This document shows positions 52,713 through 61,933 of a DNA stretch of 64,000 bases, piece by piece. Source of the stretch: Thermoplasmata archaeon. Lineage in GTDB: Archaea; Thermoplasmatota; Thermoplasmata; Lutacidiplasmatales; UBA184. Each line of letters begins with the position of its first letter. The first letter of the stretch is position 1. The translations under genes and the position numbers were made by a program. Where the stretch lies: the NCBI GenBank assembly GCA_022749935.1, contig JAKIWQ010000006.1, forward strand, positions 3,005-67,004, written 5' to 3'. The notes under the pieces were generated by a model. The model saw only the letters and a list, made by a program, of their open reading frames with translations, did no database searches and was not told the DNA's origin.

Positions 52713-53627
52713 TCAGGCTCGACGCAGCTTGCCGACGATCGGTTCCTCGACGACCCCTTCGTCTTCGAGTCGGGTGAGGACCTCTTCGGCCCGGTCGGAT
52801 CCGAGCCCCCGCGAACCCACTCGGCTCAATAGCTCCCTTCGGTCGGCATACGCATCGAGCGAAGCTTCCGCGACCTGGTCGAGGAACTCGAGGACCAGCG
52901 ACTCCTCGGCCCTCTCGGACGCGCTCGGAGCGACCCGGGGCGGTGGAGGAACTTCCCGATGGATCTGGACGGTCACTGGAAGCGCTGGAGCGTCGGTCGC
53001 CATCGCGATGCCCGCGACCCTCCGGACCGCGGCCTGGAGCTCCTTGCGGAACTGAGTGCGGTCCGCCTCCGGGTATCGCCGGAAGGATTCCCGGGCTGCG
53101 GAGATCCAAAGTGTCGGGACCCCGGAGCGGGCGAGCAGCTCGGGGGCGATATTCGGTTCCTCTTCGAGTCGGGCAAGGAGGTCCAAGCGGTCGAGGGTCT
53201 GTCGGACCGCGTCGGCGAGTGCGGCCCGTTCCTCCCCCTCACCGACGGTCCGAAGGGATTCGGCGCGCACCGACACGTTCGCGATGCCATCGCGACCACG
53301 GTAGAGGTGGACTTTGCCGACCACGATCGCCGACCGCGGGGTGGTAGCCGCCCGGAGCTGGGCCATCGCACGGGGCTGGAAGCTCCCGGCCGTGACGGCG
53401 ACGGCGCCCGTCGGGTCGGTAAACCGGGCCCGCCAGAAGGGTTGAGACTCGTCACGTCCGATCGGTTCGGCCGGAGAGAGGGTCCCGGCCAGCAGGACCC
53501 GGTTCATTCGGCTGCCGAACGGCGAGATCACGTACGAGGCGGCCCGTTCGCTGGCACTCCGCTCCTCCTCGAGCGAACTTTCGAGCTCTCGCGCCACGAC
53601 CCGCCAGGCCGGCTCGCGAAAGCTCAC
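52713..53627 (-). CDS. RPA-associated OB-fold protein (Rpap / COG3390-like)
   Basis: REPAWRVVARELESS...YVISPFGSRMNRVLLAGTL...WRARFTDPTGAVAVTAGSFQP...VVGKVHLYRG OB-fold pattern plus a C-terminal winged-helix-like tail. GTGA overlap with the rpa stop. Confidence 0.68.
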   Translation of the reverse strand: MSFREPAWRVVARELESSLEEERSASERAASYVISPFGSRMNRVLLAGTLSPAEPIGRDESQPFWRARFTDPTGAVAVTAGSFQPRAMAQLRAATTPRSAIVVGKVHLYRGRDGIANVSVRAESLRTVGEGEERAALADAVRQTLDRLDLLARLEEEPNIAPELLARSGVPTLWISAARESFRRYPEADRTQFRKELQAAVRRVAGIAMATDAPALPVTVQIHREVPPPPRVAPSASERAEESLVLEFLDQVAEASLDAYADRRELLSRVGSRGLGSDRAEEVLTRLEDEGVVEEPIVGKLRRA

Positions 53628-54793
53628 AGTCGTCCACCGGCGGCTCGAGCGGCTAGTTGCTCGGCCGTAGCGTCCAGGTCCACGTCGACCAGTTCGATGG
53701 AGTCCGGTTGGATCGTCACCCCGAAATCGTCCCGAGACGCGGAACCGCGGACCCGGAGTCGCCGCCCGAGGAGAACATCGCCCAGTTCGCTCTCCAAGAG
53801 CGAAGGGTCGGGTTGGTCCCGCAAGCGGCCCCGGGCCATCTCCAGAGTGACGCCCCAGAGTCGTTCGGTATCGACGCGCCCCGCGTTCACCGTCACAGCA
53901 CCGGTCCCGTCGTCCAGGACGATCCGGGCCCGGAGATCAGCGACGCCTTCGACCGGGCCGTGTACTCGACAGACTCCCCCCTGCACGTTTCGGCGGCATT
54001 GGGGGCAACGATAGACGAGGCCGCTCGGGGGGAGGAGCCCCACCACGAGGCCCTCGACCGCAACGGCGGCTCCACCTTCTCCTTCTTCGAGGCGGGCCAT
54101 CGGGACCGGAGGGGCCTCCAACACAGACTCGACCTCCGGGAGGTCGGGGCGCTCGACCCGACGGACGGTCGCCCGTTCGTCCAGTACGAGCTGAGGTACC
54201 CCTCGAAAAGCGCGCAGGTAGCCGCCGGTGATCTCGACCGTTTCTCCCGTCCTCAGTCGGAAGTCGGTCCACGCCGAGAGCCCGATCGCCCCCGTCCCGT
54301 CCGCGACCAGACCGTCGTACACGACCCGCCGTTCGGACCCGACCGTTACGCTCCGCTCCGAGATCCGGGCGATCCGGACCGACACGCGAAAACCCTCAGC
54401 CGGCGGGCGGAGGTCGTGGACGGTGAGTTCCGGGATCTCGGCCGGGTCGACCGAGGGAAGCTCGACCGGGCTGGCCGGCCCGACCCGGCTCTTCCAGCTG
54501 AAGGTGACTTCGGTCCGGCCCCGATATTCTCCGACCTCCGGGCCCACGGCCCGGATCACGGAGCCCCGCTCCACTCCTTCGAGGGGCGGGTCCCACCAGG
54601 TGAACCGCACGGTCGCGGTCCCGTCGGTCAGGAGACCGGACAGGAGCGGTCGCCGGCTACCGTCCGATTTTCGGCTGACCTCCCTCCGCTCGCACGTCAC
54701 GACGCGGGCGACGAATTCGACAGGACCCTCCCCCGGTCGGAGGTCGCGCAGGCGGACCTCACGCGGCGCGGAAGGGGGTACGGGTTCGCTCAT
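53624..54793 (-). CDS. rpa: Replication protein A (ssDNA-binding, multiple OB folds + zinc ribbon)
   Basis: OB-fold segments (VEFVARVV...LLTDGTATVRFTWW; VSVRIARI...LVADGTGAIGLSAW; LRARIVLDDGTGAVTV) and YRCPQCRRNVQGGVCRVHG. Confidence 0.8.
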   Translation of the reverse strand: MSEPVPPSAPREVRLRDLRPGEGPVEFVARVVTCERREVSRKSDGSRRPLLSGLLTDGTATVRFTWWDPPLEGVERGSVIRAVGPEVGEYRGRTEVTFSWKSRVGPASPVELPSVDPAEIPELTVHDLRPPAEGFRVSVRIARISERSVTVGSERRVVYDGLVADGTGAIGLSAWTDFRLRTGETVEITGGYLRAFRGVPQLVLDERATVRRVERPDLPEVESVLEAPPVPMARLEEGEGGAAVAVEGLVVGLLPPSGLVYRCPQCRRNVQGGVCRVHGPVEGVADLRARIVLDDGTGAVTVNAGRVDTERLWGVTLEMARGRLRDQPDPSLLESELGDVLLGRRLRVRGSASRDDFGVTIQPDSIELVDVDLDATAEQLAARAAGGRL

Positions 54794-54913
54794 GCGGCCG
54801 AGTACACGCTGCGAACCGGCCTACCCGATAAAGAGGGCGGGGCCGGCCCGAACGGTGGGAGCTACCGCGCTCCCCGTCCGAGAAACGCTTTTGCGCCGAC
54901 ACCGCTCGGGAGC

Positions 54914-55759
54914 GTGGTGCCGCAGCGATTCATCGACCGGGTCGACCGGATCCTGAAGGCGCGCGACTCTCTGGTGTGTGTCGGGCTGGACCCCGATCCG
55001 GCGCTGTTCCCTAAGCCGGTTCGGGCCTTGCCGGCCCGGCGCCGGCTCGACCGCTTCTTGGACGGGATCGTCGACGCTACGGCACCGCACACCGCCGCGT
55101 ACAAGATGCAGCTGGCCGCCTACCTGCCCTTCGGGGAAGCGGGCATCCGGGCCCTCCTCCGTCTCCCGCGCAAGATCGGGAACACGCGCTTGCGGATCCT
55201 CGACCTCAAGGCGAACGACATCCCCAACACGATGCGGTTCGTTCGGGACGCTGCGTTTCGCGAGATGGGCTTCGACGCGATCACCGTCACCCCCTGGCTG
55301 GGGTGGGAAACCCTCGGGCCGTTCCACGACGACCCGACCCACGGGGTCTTTGTGGTCGCCCACTCCTCCAACCCGGGCTCGGTCGACTTCCAGGAGATCC
55401 CTACGCCCCGCGGCCCGCTCTGGCTCGCGGTCATCGGGGAGGTCCGACGGCTGGCCCACGCCCACGGCAACGTGGGAGCGGTCGTAGGAGCGACCTTCTC
55501 CGACGGGTTCCGTCTCGCCCGCTCCGCGCTCGGGAACAAGGTCCCGATCCTGGTTCCCGGAATCGGAGCCCAGGGAGGGTCGCTCGCCACGGCGGTCCGG
55601 GAAGGGGTCGACGCGGAGGGCCGGGCCCTCTTGATCAGTGCCTCCCGAAGCATCATCTTCGCCTCGTCGGGAAAGGACTGGAAGAAGGCCGCGGGCACCG
55701 AGGCCGCCCGGCTCAAGCTCCAGATCAACCAGCTGCGAGCAGGTCTCCGTAGAGCGTGA
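54914..55759 (+). CDS. pyrF: Orotidine 5'-phosphate decarboxylase, type 2
   Basis: LVCVGLDPD, AAYKMQLAAY, ILDLKANDIPNT and LVPGIGAQGG. GTG 54914 (or 54917). The upstream 1.2 kb of the track ORF is antisense to rpa. Confidence 0.85.
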   Translation: MVPQRFIDRVDRILKARDSLVCVGLDPDPALFPKPVRALPARRRLDRFLDGIVDATAPHTAAYKMQLAAYLPFGEAGIRALLRLPRKIGNTRLRILDLKANDIPNTMRFVRDAAFREMGFDAITVTPWLGWETLGPFHDDPTHGVFVVAHSSNPGSVDFQEIPTPRGPLWLAVIGEVRRLAHAHGNVGAVVGATFSDGFRLARSALGNKVPILVPGIGAQGGSLATAVREGVDAEGRALLISASRSIIFASSGKDWKKAAGTEAARLKLQINQLRAGLRRA

Positions 55760-56858
55760 GCAACTGGCGCGTGACGGTCGCGAGACCGTACCGCTCCACG
55801 GCCCGGCGGCGACCCGCGGCGCCCATGCGCCGGGCGAGGGCCGGGTCGTCCAGGAGGCGTCGCGTTTTCTCGGCCACGTCGTGCGCCAGGAGCGGTTCGG
55901 CCAGGAGCCCTTCGACGCCCGGTTCGATGACCTCGCGGACCCCGGGCATGTCGGCGGTGACGACCGGAAGGCCCGCGGCCATCGCCTCCGCGACCGCCAA
56001 CCCGAACCCCTCGAGTCGATTCTCCGACGGAAAAACGAAGACGTCCCCGAGCGCGAGATACAGCGGCAACTCCTCGTCCGACACCTCGGGACAGAACCGG
56101 ACCCGGTCCTCGACCTCCAACCGTCGGGCCCGGCCCCGGAGTCCGGGGAGCCGGGGACCCGCCCCGATGATGACGAGCACGACATCTTTCGGGAGTTCCG
56201 CGAGGGCGTCCAGGATGACGTCCACGCCCTTGTGGGGCACGAGTCGCCCGGTGAACACGAGGACCCGCTTACCTTCGAGGTCGAGCTGCTTGCGGAGGGG
56301 GCCCGGGTCGAGTCCCGGCCGGAACCGCTCCAGGTCGACCACCGAGGGGATCACCTCGAGCTCGCGCCCGCGAAGGCTCGCCGACGTGCTCCCGTAGCTG
56401 CGGGTATGGACGATGATCCGAGTGACGCGACGCAACGTGGGCGGGAGGAAGACCCGCTGGTAGACCCGGGCGGCGAGCCGACCCGTAACGCCGGGGAGGT
56501 CGAGGTCGCAATGGTACGTGAGGCAGACGGGAACGCGACGCGCGATGAGACCGCGGGTTGCGAAGAAGGAGGTGAGGGGCGGTGGGTAGTGAAGGTGGAA
56601 CACGTCCGCGGCCTCCCCTCGGACGGCGAGGCGGGTCCCGTAGTCGATCGGGGTGCCGAGCACCGGACCGAGCGACGGGGTCCGGACGATCCGATATCCC
56701 TCGAACACTTCGGAGGGCGGGAGACTTCGCCGGAACCGGGACGTGACGACGGTGACCTCGTGCCCCATCCGAGCGAACTCGCGGGAGAGGGCCCGGACGT
56801 GCGACTCGACCCCTCCGGTGTGCGGGTAGAAGAACGGCGAGACCTGGACGATCCGCAC
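55725..56858 (-). CDS. Glycosyltransferase family 4 (GT-B)
   Basis: MRIVQVSPFFYPHTGGVESHV N-terminus and the E-x7-E region FPSENRLEGFGLAVAEAMAAGLPVV. Its 3' end overlaps pyrF by 35 nt. Confidence 0.85.
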   Translation of the reverse strand: MRIVQVSPFFYPHTGGVESHVRALSREFARMGHEVTVVTSRFRRSLPPSEVFEGYRIVRTPSLGPVLGTPIDYGTRLAVRGEAADVFHLHYPPPLTSFFATRGLIARRVPVCLTYHCDLDLPGVTGRLAARVYQRVFLPPTLRRVTRIIVHTRSYGSTSASLRGRELEVIPSVVDLERFRPGLDPGPLRKQLDLEGKRVLVFTGRLVPHKGVDVILDALAELPKDVVLVIIGAGPRLPGLRGRARRLEVEDRVRFCPEVSDEELPLYLALGDVFVFPSENRLEGFGLAVAEAMAAGLPVVTADMPGVREVIEPGVEGLLAEPLLAHDVAEKTRRLLDDPALARRMGAAGRRRAVERYGLATVTRQLLTLYGDLLAAG

Positions 56859-56918
56859 GGCGGCCCTACGGGCGGAGCGGTCTTACGACCTTCGGAATGG
56901 CACGGGTCGACGTAGCGA

Positions 56919-57860
56919 TTACGCCTCGGTGGGCCCACGCCGCGAGGAGCCCATCGGCATCGACTCCCGCCCCTGAAGGAACGCTTCGGGGGCGAGGCCG
57001 GCCAAGTCGATCCCCTTCATCGGCTCGCCGAGACCCGAAGAGACGCGTACAAGGACTTCGGGGTCGTCGAAATGCAGGGAGGCTTCGACGATCGCGCGGG
57101 CGACCTTCATCGGATGCTCGGCCTTGAAGATCCCGCTCCCGACGAAGACCCCATCGACCCCGAGGAGCCGGCACAGCGCCGCGTCCGCCGGTGTTGCGAT
57201 CCCGCCGGCCGCAAAGTTGACGACCGGAAGGCGGCGGAGCGACCGGACCTCGAGGCAGACGGCCTCGCTGACGCGTTCGCGACGGGCCCAGATGCCGATA
57301 TCCTTCTTAGGCACGGCGACCAACTCGTCGATCTCGCTTCGGATCTGACGAATGTGGCGAACGGCCTCGACCACGTTGCCGGTACCCGCCTCCCCCTTGG
57401 TGCGGATCATGGCGGCGCCCTCGTCGACGCGACGCAGGGCTTCTCCGAGATTGCGGGCCCCGCAGACGAACGGGACCTTGAACCCTTTCTTGGCCACATG
57501 GGCGAACGGATCGGCCGGCGTCAAGACCTCCGACTCGTCGATCATGTCGACGCCGAGGGACTCGAGGATCCGGGCCTCGGAAGTGTGGCCGATGCGGCAT
57601 TTCGCCATCACGGGGATCGAAACGCGGTCCTGGATCTCACGAACCTTGACGGGGTCGGCCATTCGCGCGACGCCGCCGGCGGCGCGGATGTCGGCGGGAA
57701 CCCGCTCGAGGGCCATGACCGCGACCGCTCCGGCTTCCTCGGCGATGGACGCCTGGTCGGCGGTGGTCACGTCCATGATCACTCCGCCCTGGACCATGCG
57801 GGCGAAACCGCGCTTGACGAGCTCGGTCCCGAATCGGAGCTTCTGGATCGGGTCTGCCAT
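56919..57860 (-). CDS. pdxS: Pyridoxal 5'-phosphate synthase, lyase subunit PdxS
   Basis: [35 protein letters not shown]...[10 protein letters not shown]...[10 protein letters not shown]. 313 aa from ATG 57860, with SD GGGAGGA upstream. Confidence 0.93.
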   Translation of the reverse strand: MADPIQKLRFGTELVKRGFARMVQGGVIMDVTTADQASIAEEAGAVAVMALERVPADIRAAGGVARMADPVKVREIQDRVSIPVMAKCRIGHTSEARILESLGVDMIDESEVLTPADPFAHVAKKGFKVPFVCGARNLGEALRRVDEGAAMIRTKGEAGTGNVVEAVRHIRQIRSEIDELVAVPKKDIGIWARRERVSEAVCLEVRSLRRLPVVNFAAGGIATPADAALCRLLGVDGVFVGSGIFKAEHPMKVARAIVEASLHFDDPEVLVRVSSGLGEPMKGIDLAGLAPEAFLQGRESMPMGSSRRGPTEA

Positions 57861-58021
57861 TCCGACGTCCTCCCGGAAGTGAGGGGACGGATGTCTATAA
57901 GAGCCCACGGGCGGAAAACGGCCCGGGCCGAGGGCGAGCGTCGGGAGCCCGGGGGGAGTTTCTTCGTGGGGGGAGCTCCGCCCGAGAAACGTTAAGGGGC
58001 TCGTCTCCGTACGACCGATGC

Positions 58022-58106
58022 AGGGGGAGCTGGGCACCGGCTGAGAGGACGAGGGGGACCTCGTCGACCCCACGAACCTGTACGGGATAATGCCCGCGAA
58101 GGGAAC
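58022..58106 (+). promoter_or_regulatory. TPP (THI-box) riboswitch aptamer
   Basis: aGGGGAGCugggcaccgGCUGAGA-[GACGAGG-ggga-CCUCGUC]-gACCCcacGAACCUGuaCGGGAUAAUGCCCGCGAAGGGAAc. All universal THI-box blocks (GGGG, CUGAGA, ACCC, AACCUG, GGAUAAUGCC, GAAGGGA) are in order, with the P3 and P5 stems readable. Confidence 0.85.
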
Positions 58107-58127
58107 GCGATGCCGCACGTGAGAGAC

Positions 58128-58150
58128 CTCTCCGCCGGACCTGCGGAGGG
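58128..58150 (+). promoter_or_regulatory. Hairpin that can sequester the Shine-Dalgarno of the ABC-binding-protein gene (candidate expression platform)
   Basis: CCUCUCCGC (58128-58135) pairs with GCGGAGGG (58143-50): a 6 perfect bp core CUCCGC/GCGGAG plus U-G and C-G, with a 7-nt loop. GGAGGG is the SD directly before ATG 58151. Confidence 0.5.
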
Positions 58151-59308
58151 ATGACCGGGGGGGCCAATTCTCCGGCGACCCGTCGACCGCTTCGGGGCCC
58201 CGGTCGTTCCCGACGGGTCCTGGTGGCGATCTTCGCCGTCGTCGTCGTCGTTGTGGCCGGGCTCGGCCTGTACACGCTCGCCAGCCAGCAGACCGCCACT
58301 CTCGTGATCTACACCTACGCCAGCCTCTTCGGAGGCACCGATTGCGGTGCGCAGAACTGGACGACCGTCTTCGGGGCCTTCGAGAGCGCGCACCACATCC
58401 ACATCGACGTGGAGTGTCCGTCGGGGACGCTCGCGAGCACTCTGTTGGCCCAGCAGAATGCCCCGGCCGCGGACCTCGTGATCGGCTTGGACGAGCTCAC
58501 GGCCCCGGCGGCCGACGCGGACCATCTCCTCCTACCGTACGCGCCTCCGGAGCTGGCCAACGTATCCCCGACCCTCGTCGGCGAGCTCTCGCCGGACCAC
58601 GCGGTCGTCCCCTACGAATGGGGGTACCTCGCGATCGACTACAACGCGACCTTCGCCGCGCGGACCCACGGCGCGATCGCGAACGCCACGTTCCCCGATT
58701 TTACGGCCAACGCGAGTTGGGCGCGCCAGCTCCTCATCGAGGACCCCTCCGTGGATATCACCGGACAGGAGTTCCTGGTGTGGGAGATCCAGTACTACGA
58801 GCACGTCCTCCACCAGGACTGGCACGGATTCTGGAAGGCGGTCCTCCCCGACCTCCCGCCGCCCGCGACCGACTGGGGGACGGCGTTCGGTGAGTTCACG
58901 AGCCCGACCCAGAATCCGCAGCTCGTCGTAAGCTACACGACCGACCCGGCGTACGCCGCGGAGTATGGCCAAGCCGGTCAGTACAACTCCACCGTCTCCT
59001 GGTGGAACGGGACCGCCTACGGGTGGCGGACGATCTACGGAGTCGGCATCGTGGCCGGCACCCACCACGTGACGTTGGACCAGCAGTTCGAGGACTGGTT
59101 CCTCGGTGGCGAAGTACAGCGCCTCATCCCGCTCAACGAGTGGGAGTACCCCGCCAACAGCACCGTTCCGCTCCCCTCGGTCTACGCAGCGGCGCTCGAC
59201 CCTCGCTCGATCACTCCCCTGAACGAGGACACCTCGCCCTCCGAGGTCGCGGCGAACCTGACCGCATGGGTGGACGACTGGCTGACCCTGGCGACCGGGT
59301 CCGGATGA
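58151..59308 (+). CDS. ABC transporter substrate-binding protein, ThiB/TbpA-like (thiamine inferred from the riboswitch)
   Basis: N-terminal anchor [19 protein letters not shown], then [12 protein letters not shown]..., a class II periplasmic-binding-protein pattern. Sits directly downstream of the THI-box. Confidence 0.78.
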   Translation: MTGGANSPATRRPLRGPGRSRRVLVAIFAVVVVVVAGLGLYTLASQQTATLVIYTYASLFGGTDCGAQNWTTVFGAFESAHHIHIDVECPSGTLASTLLAQQNAPAADLVIGLDELTAPAADADHLLLPYAPPELANVSPTLVGELSPDHAVVPYEWGYLAIDYNATFAARTHGAIANATFPDFTANASWARQLLIEDPSVDITGQEFLVWEIQYYEHVLHQDWHGFWKAVLPDLPPPATDWGTAFGEFTSPTQNPQLVVSYTTDPAYAAEYGQAGQYNSTVSWWNGTAYGWRTIYGVGIVAGTHHVTLDQQFEDWFLGGEVQRLIPLNEWEYPANSTVPLPSVYAAALDPRSITPLNEDTSPSEVAANLTAWVDDWLTLATGSG

Positions 59309-60924
59309 AGCACTCCCGCGGCGAGCTGACGCTGCTCGCTCCCATCGTCGCGTTCGTCGCGCTGTTCGCCCTCCTCCCCGTCGGGCTCCTCTTCCTGGCC
59401 TCGTGGGTCGGTGTGGGGGGTTGGGGAGGGGTGGTGGGCGTCCTGTCGCTCCCGCTCAACCAACGGGCCATCGAAAACTCACTCGAGCAAGGCGGTCTGT
59501 CGGGCGTCCTCGCGGTGGCGTTGGGATACCCCGCCGGCGTGTTTGTCGGGAGGTACGCCTGGCCCGGGCGGAGCCTGTTCCGCTCGCTCCTCCTCATCCC
59601 CTTCCTCCTCCCGAGCTTGATCGTCGTCCTCGGAGTGCAGGACCTGTTCGGCTCCGGCGGGTTGGTCTCGAGTTGGAGCTCCCCCTTCGCGTTCTTCGGC
59701 CAGGGTGTTCCCGGGATCGTCCTCGCCAATCTGGCCTTCAACGTCCCGATCGTCCTTCTGTTGACCGCCGCGGGCTGCGAGACGGCGTCGCCGGAGTTGG
59801 AAGAAACCGTCCTCACGCTGGGCGGATCTCCGGCGCGGGCCTACCGCGACGCGTGGGGGCCGCCCACCTGGGTGGGTGCGGTGGCCGGGGGTCTCCTGAC
59901 CTTCCTCTTCTCCGCGCTCTCGTTCGCACCTCCTCTCCTATTGTGCGGGACCCGATGCTACACGGTAGAGGCGCGGATCTGGTCGCTGGACCAGCTGCTC
60001 CTAGCTCCTGCCGACGCCGGGGTCCTCGCGTTGGCCATGGTCGGGTTGTTCCTCGCCCCCACGTTGGGATATCTGGTCCTCGTGCGACGCCTCTCCGCCC
60101 CCTCGGGCCGGAGGGGCCGACCGACGCGGCCGCTCCGGTGGGGCGGATGGACGCTGGCGCTTGCCATCGAGACGGCGGCGGTTCTCGCGGGCGTCGTCAC
60201 GCTCCTCGGGGCGGTTCTCTACCGAACGCTCGCGCCCTTCGGCGGGGGAGGACTGGGTTCGGCATGGGCGACCTTGTTCGACCCGACGACCGCGGCCCGT
60301 CTCGGAGTCGGGATCCCGGCGGCGACGGTAAACACGCTCTTGTTTGCCCTGGCCGCGGCCGGAATCACCGTCGTGCTCGCCGTCCCTGCGACATTCGCGG
60401 TCTTGCAGCGCCCGGGGCGGAGCTCCGGTCTTGGCTTCCTACTGTTCGTCCCACTCCTCTTTTCCCCCATCGTCCTCGCCCTCTCGCTGGCCACGTTCTG
60501 GCGTCCGCTCCTGGGCGGAGAGGGTTCGATCTGGGCCCTCGTCATCGTGAGTCAGGCGGTGCTTGCGCTCCCCTTCGCTCTGCAGAGCCTGGGGATCCCC
60601 CTCGCCGGCCTCTCCACGAGCGCCCGAGAAGCGGCCGAAAGCCTCGGCGCTCCGCGTTTCTCCGCCTTCCTCGACGCGGACCTCCCGCGGGTCCGGGACG
60701 GGCTCATCACGGCCGGGCTGTTCGCGTTCGCGCTCGGGCTCGGGGAGTTCACGGCCACCTTCTTCCTCGTCACCCCGCGGTTCGCCACCCTACCCGTGGC
60801 CCTCTACGGATTGATCCACGCGCGTCAGCTTCCGGTCGCGGACGCGGCGTCGGGACTCCTGATCCTCCTCAGCCTCGCGGTGTTCCTCGTGATCTCGGTG
60901 GGAGGTCGTCGTGTCGAGCTCTGA
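59305..60924 (+). CDS. ABC transporter permease, duplicated (two MetI-like halves), ThiP-like
   Basis: 539 aa with about 12 TM helices. EAA-like loops (ETVLTLGGSPARAYRDAWGP; REAAESLGAPRFSAFLDADLP). ATGA overlap with the binding-protein stop. Confidence 0.85.
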   Translation: MKHSRGELTLLAPIVAFVALFALLPVGLLFLASWVGVGGWGGVVGVLSLPLNQRAIENSLEQGGLSGVLAVALGYPAGVFVGRYAWPGRSLFRSLLLIPFLLPSLIVVLGVQDLFGSGGLVSSWSSPFAFFGQGVPGIVLANLAFNVPIVLLLTAAGCETASPELEETVLTLGGSPARAYRDAWGPPTWVGAVAGGLLTFLFSALSFAPPLLLCGTRCYTVEARIWSLDQLLLAPADAGVLALAMVGLFLAPTLGYLVLVRRLSAPSGRRGRPTRPLRWGGWTLALAIETAAVLAGVVTLLGAVLYRTLAPFGGGGLGSAWATLFDPTTAARLGVGIPAATVNTLLFALAAAGITVVLAVPATFAVLQRPGRSSGLGFLLFVPLLFSPIVLALSLATFWRPLLGGEGSIWALVIVSQAVLALPFALQSLGIPLAGLSTSAREAAESLGAPRFSAFLDADLPRVRDGLITAGLFAFALGLGEFTATFFLVTPRFATLPVALYGLIHARQLPVADAASGLLILLSLAVFLVISVGGRRVEL

Positions 60925-61933
60925 GCCGCTCCTTCGCGTCGAAGGAGTATCGGCCGCGTGGGGCGCCCAACCGGTGCTCGATCGCGTGAGCTTCGAGGTG
61001 GGGACGGGTGAACTCCTCGTCCTCCTCGGACCCAACGGGAGCGGCAAGTCGACCCTCCTCCGATGTCTCGCCGGCCTCGAGCGCCCCTCCGGCGGGAGGA
61101 TTGTCCTCGACGGCCGGGACGTCACCGAGGTCCCAGCTCATCGACGTAAGATCGTCCTCATGTTTCAGGACGCCGCCCTGTTCCCCCACCGTACGGTCTT
61201 CGAGAACATCGCCTACGCCCCGCTGCTCCAGCGCCGGCCCCGGCCCGAAGTCGACGAGGAGGTGCGCCGGCAGGTCGACCTCCTTGGGCTCGCGGGCCTG
61301 GAGGACCGCTCGCCGGACCAGCTGTCCGGCGGGGAGCGCCAGCGGGTGGCGCTGGCGCGGACCCTGGCCGCACGCCCTCACGTCGTCCTCCTGGACGAGC
61401 CGTTGGCATCGATCGACCCGGAGTTGAAGGCGGAGTTGCGGGCCGTCTTCCGTCGCACCCTCCGGGCGGCGGGCGCGACTGCGATCCACGTCACCCACGA
61501 CCGGTCGGAAGGATTGTTCCTAGGGGACCGGGTAGGGCTCCTGTTCGGCGGCCGCCTGGAACGCCTCGCGCCACCCGGCCCGCTGTTCTCCGACCCCGGC
61601 TCGGAGCGGGCGGCCCGATTTCTCGGGTACAACATCCTGGTCCGTGGCGCCGGTCCGGAGGCGGTCGACCCACGGCACCTGCGACTTTCGGACGACCCCA
61701 TCGCCGGTCCCGCCCTGACGGTCCTCGCGTCGGGAACGACGGGCGGAGAACGACTCATCGTCCTTCGGGATTCCGCCGGAGAGCGGATCGAATCCCGGGG
61801 ATCGGACGAGGGACCCGCCCCAGTCGCGGGGACGGTTCTCTACGGTCGGTGGGACCGATCGATTCCGCTCCGGTCCGTGTCGTCCGGAGCCCCCAAAGAC
61901 GCCAAGAACCGTGGCGCCCCTACGCCGTCATGA
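60911..61933 (+). CDS. ABC transporter ATP-binding protein, ThiQ/PotA-like
   Basis: Walker A GPNGSGKST, signature LSGGERQRVALA, Walker B VVLLDEP. GTG start overlaps the permease gene by 14 nt. Confidence 0.9.
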   Translation: MSSSEPLLRVEGVSAAWGAQPVLDRVSFEVGTGELLVLLGPNGSGKSTLLRCLAGLERPSGGRIVLDGRDVTEVPAHRRKIVLMFQDAALFPHRTVFENIAYAPLLQRRPRPEVDEEVRRQVDLLGLAGLEDRSPDQLSGGERQRVALARTLAARPHVVLLDEPLASIDPELKAELRAVFRRTLRAAGATAIHVTHDRSEGLFLGDRVGLLFGGRLERLAPPGPLFSDPGSERAARFLGYNILVRGAGPEAVDPRHLRLSDDPIAGPALTVLASGTTGGERLIVLRDSAGERIESRGSDEGPAPVAGTVLYGRWDRSIPLRSVSSGAPKDAKNRGAPTPS

